The translations under genes were made by a program, and so were the position numbers. The notes beneath the pieces are model-generated. The model was not told the origin of the DNA. It ran no database searches and saw only the letters and a program-made list of their open reading frames with translations. Below are positions 1 through 9,024 of a stretch of DNA of 64,000 bases, one piece after another. The stretch is from Candidatus Latescibacterota bacterium. Lineage in GTDB: Bacteria > Latescibacterota > CBDEFO01. How positions within the stretch are numbered: the first letter of the stretch is position 1; each line of letters starts with the position of its first letter. The stretch is taken from NCBI GenBank assembly GCA_965248755.1, contig OZ252149.1, positions 2,464,001 through 2,528,000 of the forward strand. Reading direction: 5' to 3'.

Positions 1-228
1 ATGAATGATGGGAGAGTTACAAATGGATTGAAACCTCAGACTTTCAGCAATCTCAGGACACAGTTGAAGGGAAGCTTGTTGGACAAGGAGGTCTTGAAGT
101 TCATCCAGAACGACGGATCTGGTAACTACCGTGTCTCTACCCATCCCGACTTTATCAGCTATGACAAGCAAAAACTGATCAATCACCCTAACCCTGATAT
201 CAGAAAAGTTGCAGAGGAATTGCCTTAA
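1..228 (+). CDS. Hypothetical protein, probably the 3' part of a gene running in from the left edge
   Basis: ORF open from base 1; ends just before recombinase-tail repeat copy 1. Confidence 0.55.
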   Translation: MNDGRVTNGLKPQTFSNLRTQLKGSLLDKEVLKFIQNDGSGNYRVSTHPDFISYDKQKLINHPNPDIRKVAEELP

Positions 229-240
229 AGAGTTGAATCA

Positions 241-370
241 TCACGCGGAGCTTTGTACGAGGATAGCCTCAGGCAGAAGACTGATTCTGGTATGACCCTT
301 GGCGCTCTGCTTCATTTCTAGCTTCGACTTATCCCACAAAAGTACGCTTTGGGACACCAATCCGGGGTGC
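241..370 (-). repeat. Copy 1 of 130-bp serine-recombinase 3' tail / putative att arm
   Basis: Similar to 7232-7361 and 14828-14957; shared TCCCACAAAAGTACGCTTTGGGACA and CCGGGGTGC; minus strand reads HPGLVSQSVLLWDKSKLEMKQSAKGHTRISLLPEAILVQSSA*. Confidence 0.9.
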
Positions 371-383
371 AATAAATAACAAC

Positions 384-421
384 GAGTTACGACAATTACT
401 TCGTAGTCACTTTCTTTTTTT
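384..421 (+). terminator. Imperfect hairpin plus T-run after CCGGGGTGC
   Basis: GTTACGA...TCGTAGT followed by TTTCTTTTTTT. Confidence 0.35.
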
Positions 422-592
422 CTACTGTTTTTCTACTGTAAATTTCCCCAACCCCACGAACAACTGGTTATCCAGTCGCTCTGTCGCCTCTTGGTGAAAT
501 TCCGGCATCAGGTGACCATACCGATCCAGGGTTGTTGTGATAGACGCATGACCAAGCTGTTTCTAGATGTACTTGGGACTTTCCCCTTGAGC
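422..592 (-). pseudogene. Tyrosine integrase C-terminal remnant
   Basis: Minus strand AQGESPKYI*KQLGHASITTTLDRYGHLMPEFHQEATERLDNQLF; LGH...T..Y catalytic box; in-frame TAG at 563-565. Confidence 0.85.
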
Positions 593-788
593 GGCATGCT
601 ATTACAACTATTAACTTGCATAAAAACTAAGGACACTATGAAACAGAATTACCCGATACTACACTTTTTGGAGAAGACCCAAATCATATTAAACCATTTC
701 GCCTTGCTATGCGTCTAAAACAGGTGAAAGAAGGAGCGCTCTAAACAAATATGGTTGTACATAACCTACAAAACAAGGAGGAAAACCG

Positions 789-1249
789 ATGATCAAGCGC
801 ACATCTGCCTTAGGAATTATTTCAGCGGCGCTATTTGCTCTCTACTGATGTGTAGAGAACGGAAGCCCTATTCCTACCGCCGATACGGAATCAGAAAGCA
901 TAAACTGTGCTGCTCTTACTGGGGACGATACCGTTGAGCCCGTGGGCAGCCCTGCGACGCAAGTCGGAAACTTGGCAAGAATGGCTGCTTTCCTCGGCCT
1001 CTCCGAAGGCCAAGTAGATGCGTTCAAGGAAATCAGGGAAAACAGCCGAGAGGAAGGAGAGGCTCTCTTTGAGGAACTGAAGACATACGGAGCGTACAGA
1101 GAAGGAATCAGAACAGCCAGCAGGAATTACACCAGCAGGAAAACGAAGAGATATTAGCCCTCCTTGACGATGAGCAAAAGGCCAAATGGGAGGAATTTCA
1201 AACGAAAATGCGGGAAAGGCGGCAGGATAATATAGGAAGACACAATTAA
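789..1249 (+). pseudogene. Spy/CpxP (LTxxQ)-like lipoprotein pseudogene
   Basis: AAGGAGG RBS; MIKRTSALGIISAALFALY*C with TGA at 846-848 in the lipobox; continues in frame through LGLSEGQ; frameshift near 1120 gives LLDDEQKAKWEEF. Confidence 0.7.
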
Positions 1250-1283
1250 GCACGCTACATTTTTCAAAGTAATTGAAGATCGG

Positions 1284-1334
1284 GGGGTCTAACGTCCGTC
1301 ATGTCGAATTCACAGACGTTACACCCCTTTTTTT
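1284..1334 (+). terminator. Rho-independent terminator-like hairpin
   Basis: GGGGTCTAACGTC...GACGTTACACCCC followed by T7. Confidence 0.55.
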
Positions 1335-1414
1335 CTCTTTCCCCAAGAAAGTTAAGTCTCTCCTGACAAAACGTATAATGTTGTGTCACTACTTTCTTTA
1401 AAGGAGGTCAAGCT

Positions 1415-3748
1415 ATGTATAGCTTCTCAAGAATCTCTCTGGCGAACGCAGCTATTCTGATCGCGCTTTTTGGTGCTTCCCCTTCTTCTGCTAAACAGCC
1501 GGTCATCAGTGCCCGTCCCTTAGGTATGGGAGAGACCTTCCTGGCGATAGCTGACGATGGCAACGCCCTGTTCTGGAATCCAGCAGGATTGCCCTCGTTG
1601 GGGCACCATGAGATTGTCAGCGGCTACACTGATCTCTTCGGAATCGGTATAAAGAATAACATCATAGGATACGTCTTCCCTATGGCGAACAACTATGCCC
1701 TTGGGTTTGACTGGGCACATTTAAGCTTTGAGGATACTGAATTAGGTTATAAGAAAGATAGCTTCAAGTTATCCTACGGGCATAGAGTCTGGCAGGAACT
1801 TTCCTTTGGCTCTGCTTTAAGATATATCACCACAGATGTGATTCTGGACTCATACTCGTTGGGGAAAGCTTCTGGATGGGGATTGGATATGAGTTTTTTG
1901 TATGCCCCTGTCAAGTGGCTGAAATTGGGGATGGTGGTTCAGGATGTGACAGATACCAACGTGGAGTATGATGACGGGAGTACGGAGGTAATTGATCCCA
2001 GATCGTTCCAGTTCGGGACGGCCTATCGGCCGATAGACGATCTGACGGTGGCCCTGGATGTGGACGATCAACTCCATTTCGGAGGGGAATACTGGCTCAG
2101 CAACAACATGCTGGGACTGAGAGGTGGTCTACAGAAGGACCTGGATACCTCGGAGCCGATGACGTATTCGGGCGGAGCGAGCATCCGCTATAAGCTGTTC
2201 CAGTTCGATTACGCCTATGTAATACCGCCGACTCTGCCCTCCAGCCATCGCTTCTCCCTGTCTCTCTCCTTCAACCTGTATCCTTCGATGGTGCGGATCA
2301 CGGAGACAGAGATCAATAACCTGTTCCCGGCGTTCCACAAGCGCTATGGCGTGCATCCACTGGGGAATGTGAAATTGGTCAACAGGGACGACAAACCCTA
2401 TCAGACTATGGTAAGCTTCTATATCCCCAAGCTGATGGATGCCCCTACAGAACAGCAGGTTATCATCCGGCCGAAGGAGACGAAGGAGGTTGGGCTTAAA
2501 GGGGTCTTTTCCAGTTCCATCACCGATTTGACCGAGGATATACTGACGCAGGCGGAAGTCAGGGTCTCCTATACGACAGAGCGCAAGACGAGGTCGGACA
2601 GGGAGTCGGCCAGTTTCTATGTCTACAGTCGCAATGCGACTACCTGGGACGATCTGGGGAAGGCGGCGGCCTTTATCACATCCAATGACCCGATCATAGC
2701 TGGATTCGCCCGGCCCACGTTGGTCTCGTTCGAGGAGGAGATCAAGAACCTGGGGCGTGGCAGTAGGAATCTGATGAGGGCGATGGTGCTCTTCGATGCG
2801 GTGAACGAGTACGGGGTGCGCTACATCTCCGATTCCAACAATCCCTACTCCCGAATATCTGCGGACAAATCTGCAGTGGACAACATTCAGTATCCTGTCG
2901 AGGTGTTGAAGAAGAAGTCGGGGGACTGCGACGATCTCACCGTGCTCTATTGCGCTCTTTTGGAGAACGTCGGTATTCCCACGGCGTTAGTGGATGCCCC
3001 TGGACATATCTATATGATGTTCGACAGCGGTGTTCCTATCCAAAAGGCCTACAGTCTCCCTATAGGCGAGAAACTGTATGTAGTTCGGGACGGCAATATT
3101 TGGATCCCTGTGGAGATCACCTTGTTCGGGAAATCGTTTATCGAGGCCTGGCGGTCCGGGGCAGGTGAATCCGCAAGTCTCTTGGAGGAGGGCAGACTCA
3201 GGGTCGTTGACACTTCGGATGCATGGCAGGAGTATGAACCTTCCCCTCCTAAATTTGAGGTGGAGATTTCCGTACCAACCAAGGAGCATATAACGGGAGT
3301 TTTCTCCTCAGATCGGTCGGGCTTGAAGGAGATGATGAATGCCTTTATAGAGCGCACCCACCTTGGGCCTCTGGGGGAGAGTCCAGAAGATTTTGATCTG
3401 CACTTTAACCTTGCCCGGATCTACACAGCGATCCGTGAGTACGAGCGTTCGATCTCCGAATATCAACGGCTCTTAAAGTCAGGTGCGGATCCTGCTCGTA
3501 TATATAACAATATAGGGAGACCCTACTTTTTGAAAGGAGAAGTAAGAGAGGCAGCTCACAGCTTCAAGCAGGCTATGGACTTGGATCCGACCGATGAGGG
3601 GGTCAAAAACAACTTCGAGTTGGCAATGTCATTTTTGGGGGAGGAAGAGCGGATAGCCTTTGCAAGAGAGATCGGCGCATCCTTGCCTGAGGGGCTCAAG
3701 GCAGCGGACTTTGAGGTGGATGAGGAAAGCATCTACTGGAGGGAGTAG
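1415..3748 (+). CDS. PorV/PorQ (UPF0164)-like beta-barrel fused to Ig-like, transglutaminase-like and TPR domains (copy 1)
   Basis: RBS AAAGGAGG; signal peptide; SARPLGMG...NPAGL barrel signature; GDCDD, PGHIY, PVEIT; TPR helices at C-terminus. Confidence 0.85.
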   Translation: MYSFSRISLANAAILIALFGASPSSAKQPVISARPLGMGETFLAIADDGNALFWNPAGLPSLGHHEIVSGYTDLFGIGIKNNIIGYVFPMANNYALGFDWAHLSFEDTELGYKKDSFKLSYGHRVWQELSFGSALRYITTDVILDSYSLGKASGWGLDMSFLYAPVKWLKLGMVVQDVTDTNVEYDDGSTEVIDPRSFQFGTAYRPIDDLTVALDVDDQLHFGGEYWLSNNMLGLRGGLQKDLDTSEPMTYSGGASIRYKLFQFDYAYVIPPTLPSSHRFSLSLSFNLYPSMVRITETEINNLFPAFHKRYGVHPLGNVKLVNRDDKPYQTMVSFYIPKLMDAPTEQQVIIRPKETKEVGLKGVFSSSITDLTEDILTQAEVRVSYTTERKTRSDRESASFYVYSRNATTWDDLGKAAAFITSNDPIIAGFARPTLVSFEEEIKNLGRGSRNLMRAMVLFDAVNEYGVRYISDSNNPYSRISADKSAVDNIQYPVEVLKKKSGDCDDLTVLYCALLENVGIPTALVDAPGHIYMMFDSGVPIQKAYSLPIGEKLYVVRDGNIWIPVEITLFGKSFIEAWRSGAGESASLLEEGRLRVVDTSDAWQEYEPSPPKFEVEISVPTKEHITGVFSSDRSGLKEMMNAFIERTHLGPLGESPEDFDLHFNLARIYTAIREYERSISEYQRLLKSGADPARIYNNIGRPYFLKGEVREAAHSFKQAMDLDPTDEGVKNNFELAMSFLGEEERIAFAREIGASLPEGLKAADFEVDEESIYWRE

Positions 3749-3783
3749 GGATCGCTGATTAATGTTGATAAAAGGAGCAAAAG

Positions 3784-6700
3784 ATGCACATGGACATTTG
3801 TCGGATAACGACGCTAACGGCGGTCATCGCCGTTGTCATCTTCGCCACAACTGCAAGTGCGGCAGAGTGGGAAAGCTTCACCACCGAAGATGGCCTGGCG
3901 GACAACACGGTCACATCCATCTTAGAGGACAGTGAAGGCAACTTGTGGTTTGGAACTTTAGGCGGTGTGAGCCGCTATGATGGGACGTGGACAACTTACA
4001 CCATAGAAGATGGTCTGGCAGATGACCTTGTCTTGACAATCTTAGAGGATCAAGACGGCAACCTCTGGTTTGGCACTAGAGAAGGCGTAAGCCGTTATGA
4101 TGGGCAAAGCTGGAGGACCTTCACTACTGAAGACGGTGTGCCAGACAACATAGTCAATGCTATCTTAGAAGACAGAGAGGGCAACATGTGGTTTGGCACT
4201 AGAGAAGGCGTAAGCCGCTATGATGGGGAAAGATGGACAACCTACACTACAGCAGATGGTCTGGCGCACAATGAGGTCCATTCGATCTTAGAGGATAGTG
4301 AGGGCAACCTGTGGTTTGGCACTCGTAGAGGCGCAAGTCGCTATGATGGGGAAACGTGGAATAGGGACACAATAAACGGTCACCTGGCCAACGATGTCCA
4401 GGCGATCCTAGAGGATAGAGATGACAACTTCTGGTTTGCAACTTCGGGAGGAGGCGTAAGCCGGTACGATGGCGAAACGTGGACGACATACGATAAGGAA
4501 AATGGTCTGGTGAACGACCGGGTCAGTGCGATCTTAGAGGATAGTGAGGGCAACCTGTGGTTTGGACATAGCTTGGATGTAAGGAGCGGAACTGGGGGCA
4601 TCACTCGCTATAACGGGCAGAGATGGACAACCTACACCACAGATGATGGGCTGGCGGACAACTGGGTCAGAGCGATCTTAGAGGATAGTGAGGGCAACCT
4701 GTGGTTTGGCACTAATGGGGGCGCGAGCCGCTATGATGCAACGTGGACGACATACACCATAGAAGATGGACTGGGACACAACCAGGTCTGGACGATCTTA
4801 GAGGATAGTAGAGAAAACCTGTGGTTTGGAACTAGAGAGAGTGGCGTGAGTCGCTACGATGGCAAGATATGGACTACCTTCACCACAGCAGATGGCCTGG
4901 CAGGCAACTGGATCAGGACTATCTATGAGGATCGAGAGGGCAACCTGTGGTTTGGAACTAGAGAAGGCGTAAGCCGCTATGATGGCCAAAGCTGGAAGAC
5001 CTATACCAGAGACAGCACGAATGGTGGTCTGGCATTAGACATTGTCAATGCGATACTGGAGGATACAGCGGGGAATCTATGGTTTGGAACTGAGATGAGA
5101 GGCGTAAGTCGATATGATGGGACAACATGGATAACATACACTGAAGATGATGGCTTGGCACACAACAGGGTCAATGAGATCTTGAAGGATAGTGAAGGCA
5201 ACCTATGGTTTGGAACCAGTGAGGGCGTTAGCCGCTATGATGGGGAAATTTGGAAAACCTACGGCGAGATTGATGGACTCGTTAATAACTCGGTCATGGT
5301 GATCATGGAGGATAGAGAGAGCAACTTATGGTTTGGTACTGGATCAGGTCGAATTGATGGGGGCATAAGCCACTATGATGGGGAGACGTGGACGACATAT
5401 ACCAGAGAAGATGGGCTGGCAAACGACTTTGTCAATGCGATCATGGAGGATAGTGGGGGCAACTTGTGGTTTGGAACTCAAGCAGGCCTGAGCCGCTTTG
5501 ACGGGGAGAGATGGATTACGTATTCCGCAGCTGATGGCCTGGCAGACAGCAGGGTTAATGCAATCTTGGAGGATAGTGACGGCCACCTGTGGTTTGGAAC
5601 TGGTGGAGGGGTAACCAGATACAGAGTTGAAAGAACGCCGCCCAACACATTTATATTAGATGGTCCAGGAGAAATAATCGGCGTCCCACAAGCTTTCTTC
5701 GAATATAATGGTGGGGATAGGTATTCACCAGACGAAGATGTGCAATTTGGGCATGCCATCAAGAACGATCAAGACAAGCCCATTCAAGCCGATTGGTCGA
5801 GTTTTACAGATCACACCTCTACCCTTACAGATCCCCTTCCCAACGGCACCTATACGTTCTACGTACGAGGAAGGGACGAAGTGGGTAACATCGATCTTTC
5901 TCCTGCCAAAAGGAGCTTCACTGTCGAATTAACCCCGCCGATAGTGGCGATCAGTTCCCCATCGAGCAACGAAATTACTCATGGTAATGTAAACATCCGG
6001 GGCTCGGCCTTTGACAACTCCGATATCCCCAACTTTGGGAGCTATACGTTGGAATACGGGAAAGGATCGGATGAGGACAAGATATCAGAATGGCTTAGTA
6101 TAAGGGATAGAGCGGTTAAGCCTGTCGTAAATGACCTTTTAGGCATGTGGGACACCGAGGGGCTATTCGGCACCTATGTCCTCAGGCTTAGCGCTGTGGA
6201 CGGCTTCGATCACAGGAGCAAGTATGCCATCACCGTCCACGTGGTTGCGGCAGCCGTTGAGGTAGATCACAGTAGTGGAGGACATATCACCGATTCAGCG
6301 AGCAACGTGGATCTCTACATTCCCCCCAATGGCATTCCCAAGAGCACGCAGGTGACGATCACTCCCATTGCGCTTGAAGGTGTCGCAAAGCCCTCTGCTC
6401 TGAATTTGCACCTTACTGGGATGGCATACGACATCGGTCCGAAGGATCTTGCGGTGCTGAAACCTGTAACCTTTACGATGTCCCTTGATAAAGTTGAGAT
6501 AGCTGAGGTGCCAGATCTTGACAAGTTGGCAATCTTTACCCGGTCATCTTCGGACAATCCCTGGGAAAGAGTCGGTGGCACGGTCGATGAGAGGACAGGG
6601 AAGATGATAGTAGCCCTCACACACTTTGGGAGATTCGCGGTTATGGAGGATCTTTCTGAGGAAGAAGGAAAGCTTTCCATTTCGGATGTGAACTGTCAGC

Positions 6701-6978
6701 CGAGGGTGTTCTCCCCGGAGGGAGGAGCATATGACACCAAGACCACGTTATCCTTTAATCTTGGAAGAAGGTCAGAGGTTACAGTGAAGGTCTACGATGT
6801 CTCAGGACGTTTCAAGAGGAGGTTGCTCAAGGATAGAACGATGAATCGGGGTAGCAACGCGGTAGTCTGGGATGGCAGGGATCATCATGGGAAGGTAGTA
6901 GTCAATGCACTGTATGTGGTGGCTGTGGAGGCTAATGGGAAGGTGGAGACGAAGACGGTAGTAGTATTGAACAAGTGA
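3784..6978 (+). CDS. Secreted 14-blade two-component-regulator-type beta-propeller with YYY-like, Ig, ZU5-like and FlgD/T9SS-like C-terminal domains
   Basis: Signal peptide; 14 ILEDxEGNLWFGT repeats; YTFYVRGRD; LYIPPNG...THFGRFAV; PRVFSP...WDGRD...KTVVVL tail. Confidence 0.85.
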   Translation: MHMDICRITTLTAVIAVVIFATTASAAEWESFTTEDGLADNTVTSILEDSEGNLWFGTLGGVSRYDGTWTTYTIEDGLADDLVLTILEDQDGNLWFGTREGVSRYDGQSWRTFTTEDGVPDNIVNAILEDREGNMWFGTREGVSRYDGERWTTYTTADGLAHNEVHSILEDSEGNLWFGTRRGASRYDGETWNRDTINGHLANDVQAILEDRDDNFWFATSGGGVSRYDGETWTTYDKENGLVNDRVSAILEDSEGNLWFGHSLDVRSGTGGITRYNGQRWTTYTTDDGLADNWVRAILEDSEGNLWFGTNGGASRYDATWTTYTIEDGLGHNQVWTILEDSRENLWFGTRESGVSRYDGKIWTTFTTADGLAGNWIRTIYEDREGNLWFGTREGVSRYDGQSWKTYTRDSTNGGLALDIVNAILEDTAGNLWFGTEMRGVSRYDGTTWITYTEDDGLAHNRVNEILKDSEGNLWFGTSEGVSRYDGEIWKTYGEIDGLVNNSVMVIMEDRESNLWFGTGSGRIDGGISHYDGETWTTYTREDGLANDFVNAIMEDSGGNLWFGTQAGLSRFDGERWITYSAADGLADSRVNAILEDSDGHLWFGTGGGVTRYRVERTPPNTFILDGPGEIIGVPQAFFEYNGGDRYSPDEDVQFGHAIKNDQDKPIQADWSSFTDHTSTLTDPLPNGTYTFYVRGRDEVGNIDLSPAKRSFTVELTPPIVAISSPSSNEITHGNVNIRGSAFDNSDIPNFGSYTLEYGKGSDEDKISEWLSIRDRAVKPVVNDLLGMWDTEGLFGTYVLRLSAVDGFDHRSKYAITVHVVAAAVEVDHSSGGHITDSASNVDLYIPPNGIPKSTQVTITPIALEGVAKPSALNLHLTGMAYDIGPKDLAVLKPVTFTMSLDKVEIAEVPDLDKLAIFTRSSSDNPWERVGGTVDERTGKMIVALTHFGRFAVMEDLSEEEGKLSISDVNCQPRVFSPEGGAYDTKTTLSFNLGRRSEVTVKVYDVSGRFKRRLLKDRTMNRGSNAVVWDGRDHHGKVVVNALYVVAVEANGKVETKTVVVLNK

Positions 6979-7231
6979 TTTCGGGACAGGACATACTGAA
7001 GGGATGAGGTCACAGGGAGTGTGCTGATGATAAATAGTTAAGTGCCCACGAAGTAAGTTTGCGTCACTTGTAATTATAGGAACTAAAACTGAAGTGCTAA
7101 AATGTTGAGACACCTGAAGCGATCTTTCACCTACGAGGGAAGTATATGAAAACTTCGAGTATCACCTCTGTGTCCGTCTGGTTCTTTTAGCAGACACCGT
7201 TGACAACGTTGACGCAATGAAAGGAAAAGCG

Positions 7232-7361
7232 TTAGGCGGTGCTTTGTACTGGGATAGACTCAGGAAGAAGACTGATTCTTGTATGACCTGTTGCTACTCG
7301 TTTCATTTTCAGCCTTGACTCATCCCACAAAAGTACGCTTTGGGACATCAGCCCGGGGTGC
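7232..7361 (-). repeat. Copy 2 of 130-bp recombinase tail / putative att arm
   Basis: Reads HPGLMSQSVLLWDESRLKMKRVATGHTRISLLPESIPVQSTA*; residual similarity (CCCCxAAAGTTGGTA) to the recombinase extends to ~7400. Confidence 0.9.
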
Positions 7362-7487
7362 GAAATTCGTTCTAGAAACTTACTGCCCCTAAAGTTGGTA
7401 TAGCGTAAATGATCAAATAGAAGAAGCCCGCCATTTCTGACGGGCTGTGTGTCCAATCTTGTACGGTGCACAAAAAGGTCTGGAAAT

Positions 7488-8906
7488 CTACCGCATCAAC
7501 ACAAGCTTCCTTATCTTCACAAATTCTTCCGATCCATCCGTCTCCAACCGATACACATAGATTCCGCTGGCAAGACTCTTTCCACTATCATCTGTTCCAT
7601 CCCAGACTGTAGAGTGCCTTCCCGCATCCATCTGCTCATGTACCAATGTTGCAACCTTCTGTCCTATCATATTATAGATGGATACATCAACGTGGCTTTG
7701 AGCGGGAAGGTCGTAATGGATCACCGTCTCCGGGTTGAAGGGGTTAGGGAAGTTTTGATGCAATGCATAGGTGTCAGGAACATCGGAAACGCCATCAGAT
7801 TGGGGAATAACTACACTAAAAAGACCTTCGTTCAATTGAGCAGAGACTAGATCAATCCCCGATAGATCCACTCGGGGATCAATCTCACCAATAGTCTCAA
7901 TCTGCGAATCTACAGGCTCAAATATAATCTCACCAATCCTACCGCTGCCTTCAACTGATTCTACACCAGCAAACGATAGCCTTAATCTGCCATCTTGAGC
8001 ATTGTTGGCGAAAAGATAATCAGAGGTCAAGTGGGATGTTCTGGCATCTACGGCTTTGAGTTTGGCCGGATCAAAAGATAGTTCAAGTTGACCCGACAGG
8101 ACACCGTCCATTTCATCTATGAGGACAGGAACGACAAAGCGCCCATCAGGCAAAGCCTCTACATCACCTAAACTGATAATCCTTTTGGCAAGTACAGTCT
8201 TAGGGATGCCTCCTGTCTCAGCAGGAAACTGAGTTAATTGCCCAACAACGAACCTGAGTATCAAAGAGCCGTCAAAGGGACTTATAGTTCCGTCTCCACT
8301 GACATCAGCTGCTATAGTGTCAGAAATTACAAAGAGACCTACTGTGGATCTAAGCACCAAAGCAGCATCAAATGCCATCACCCTTCCGTTGTGGCTAACA
8401 TCTCCTACCAATCCAGAAACCTGCACAGATCCGCCCTGTAAAGCTGCCGCGGGATCGCCCTCGTTGAAGAAGAATCTCTCAAAAACCAATGCTGTAGAAT
8501 CGCCGATGACTGCCGATTCGGAGACTGCAAATCTGATAAAGATAAGGTCTCCCGATCCTGATAATATGTCGACTCCCATAGTCGCCATTGCAATCTTGAC
8601 GGTGTCTATAAGTGTTCCCATGCCCGTTACGACCGTGTCAGCTATCGCCCAACCTTCGCTCAGTGTCCCTCCCAACGCTACTTCTATTGCCTCTATTACA
8701 TCTGAATCGTAAGTGATATTCATTTGGACTGAGATAATTTCAAGCCCTGTTACGTCATCTTTGATAAGGACAGGAACTGAAACCGTATCGCCGATAGAGA
8801 TAGATGTGTCCGGAAGACTAACTGAGACTGTAACTACTTGAGAAGAAACACGCGCATTCAAAGCGACCAGCAGGATCAGAGCAGTAGAGAAAATTATATG
8901 CCTCAT
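7488..8906 (-). CDS. Secreted cohesin-like/dockerin-like protein with T9SS type-A-like/FlgD sorting domain
   Basis: Signal peptide; GDVSHNG...FDA and ADVSGDG...FDG dockerin repeats; QNFPNPFNP...WDG...LASGIY...RKLVLMR. Confidence 0.85.
   Translation of the reverse strand: MRHIIFSTALILLVALNARVSSQVVTVSVSLPDTSISIGDTVSVPVLIKDDVTGLEIISVQMNITYDSDVIEAIEVALGGTLSEGWAIADTVVTGMGTLIDTVKIAMATMGVDILSGSGDLIFIRFAVSESAVIGDSTALVFERFFFNEGDPAAALQGGSVQVSGLVGDVSHNGRVMAFDAALVLRSTVGLFVISDTIAADVSGDGTISPFDGSLILRFVVGQLTQFPAETGGIPKTVLAKRIISLGDVEALPDGRFVVPVLIDEMDGVLSGQLELSFDPAKLKAVDARTSHLTSDYLFANNAQDGRLRLSFAGVESVEGSGRIGEIIFEPVDSQIETIGEIDPRVDLSGIDLVSAQLNEGLFSVVIPQSDGVSDVPDTYALHQNFPNPFNPETVIHYDLPAQSHVDVSIYNMIGQKVATLVHEQMDAGRHSTVWDGTDDSGKSLASGIYVYRLETDGSEEFVKIRKLVLMR
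7856..7878. repeat. Palindrome family A (TCCCCGAT-N7-ATCGGGGA), inside CDS
   Basis: 27-bp in-frame insertion relative to both paralogs, TCAA duplicated. Confidence 0.8.
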
Positions 8907-9024
8907 TTTGAGTCCTCCTTTGGTCTATAAAATACTGACTATGACTATACTACTGAAGCCCGGTTGAATTTATGTCACTTCCCCATCTGTGGGCTGAAGA
9001 TGGCTTTATGATGTCGAAATGAGC

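Noticed and set aside
241..370. tRNA gene at the repeat
   Set aside because: No TTCGA T-loop or cloverleaf; only a CCGGGGTGC(C)A end resemblance
846..848. Selenocysteine or recoded TGA before Cys
   Set aside because: Position matches a lipobox Gly (GGA to TGA), the gene also has a frameshift, and TGA is a normal stop elsewhere
7232..7471. 79-aa ORF as an independent gene
   Set aside because: It is the orphan recombinase tail with a non-homologous, RBS-less upstream extension
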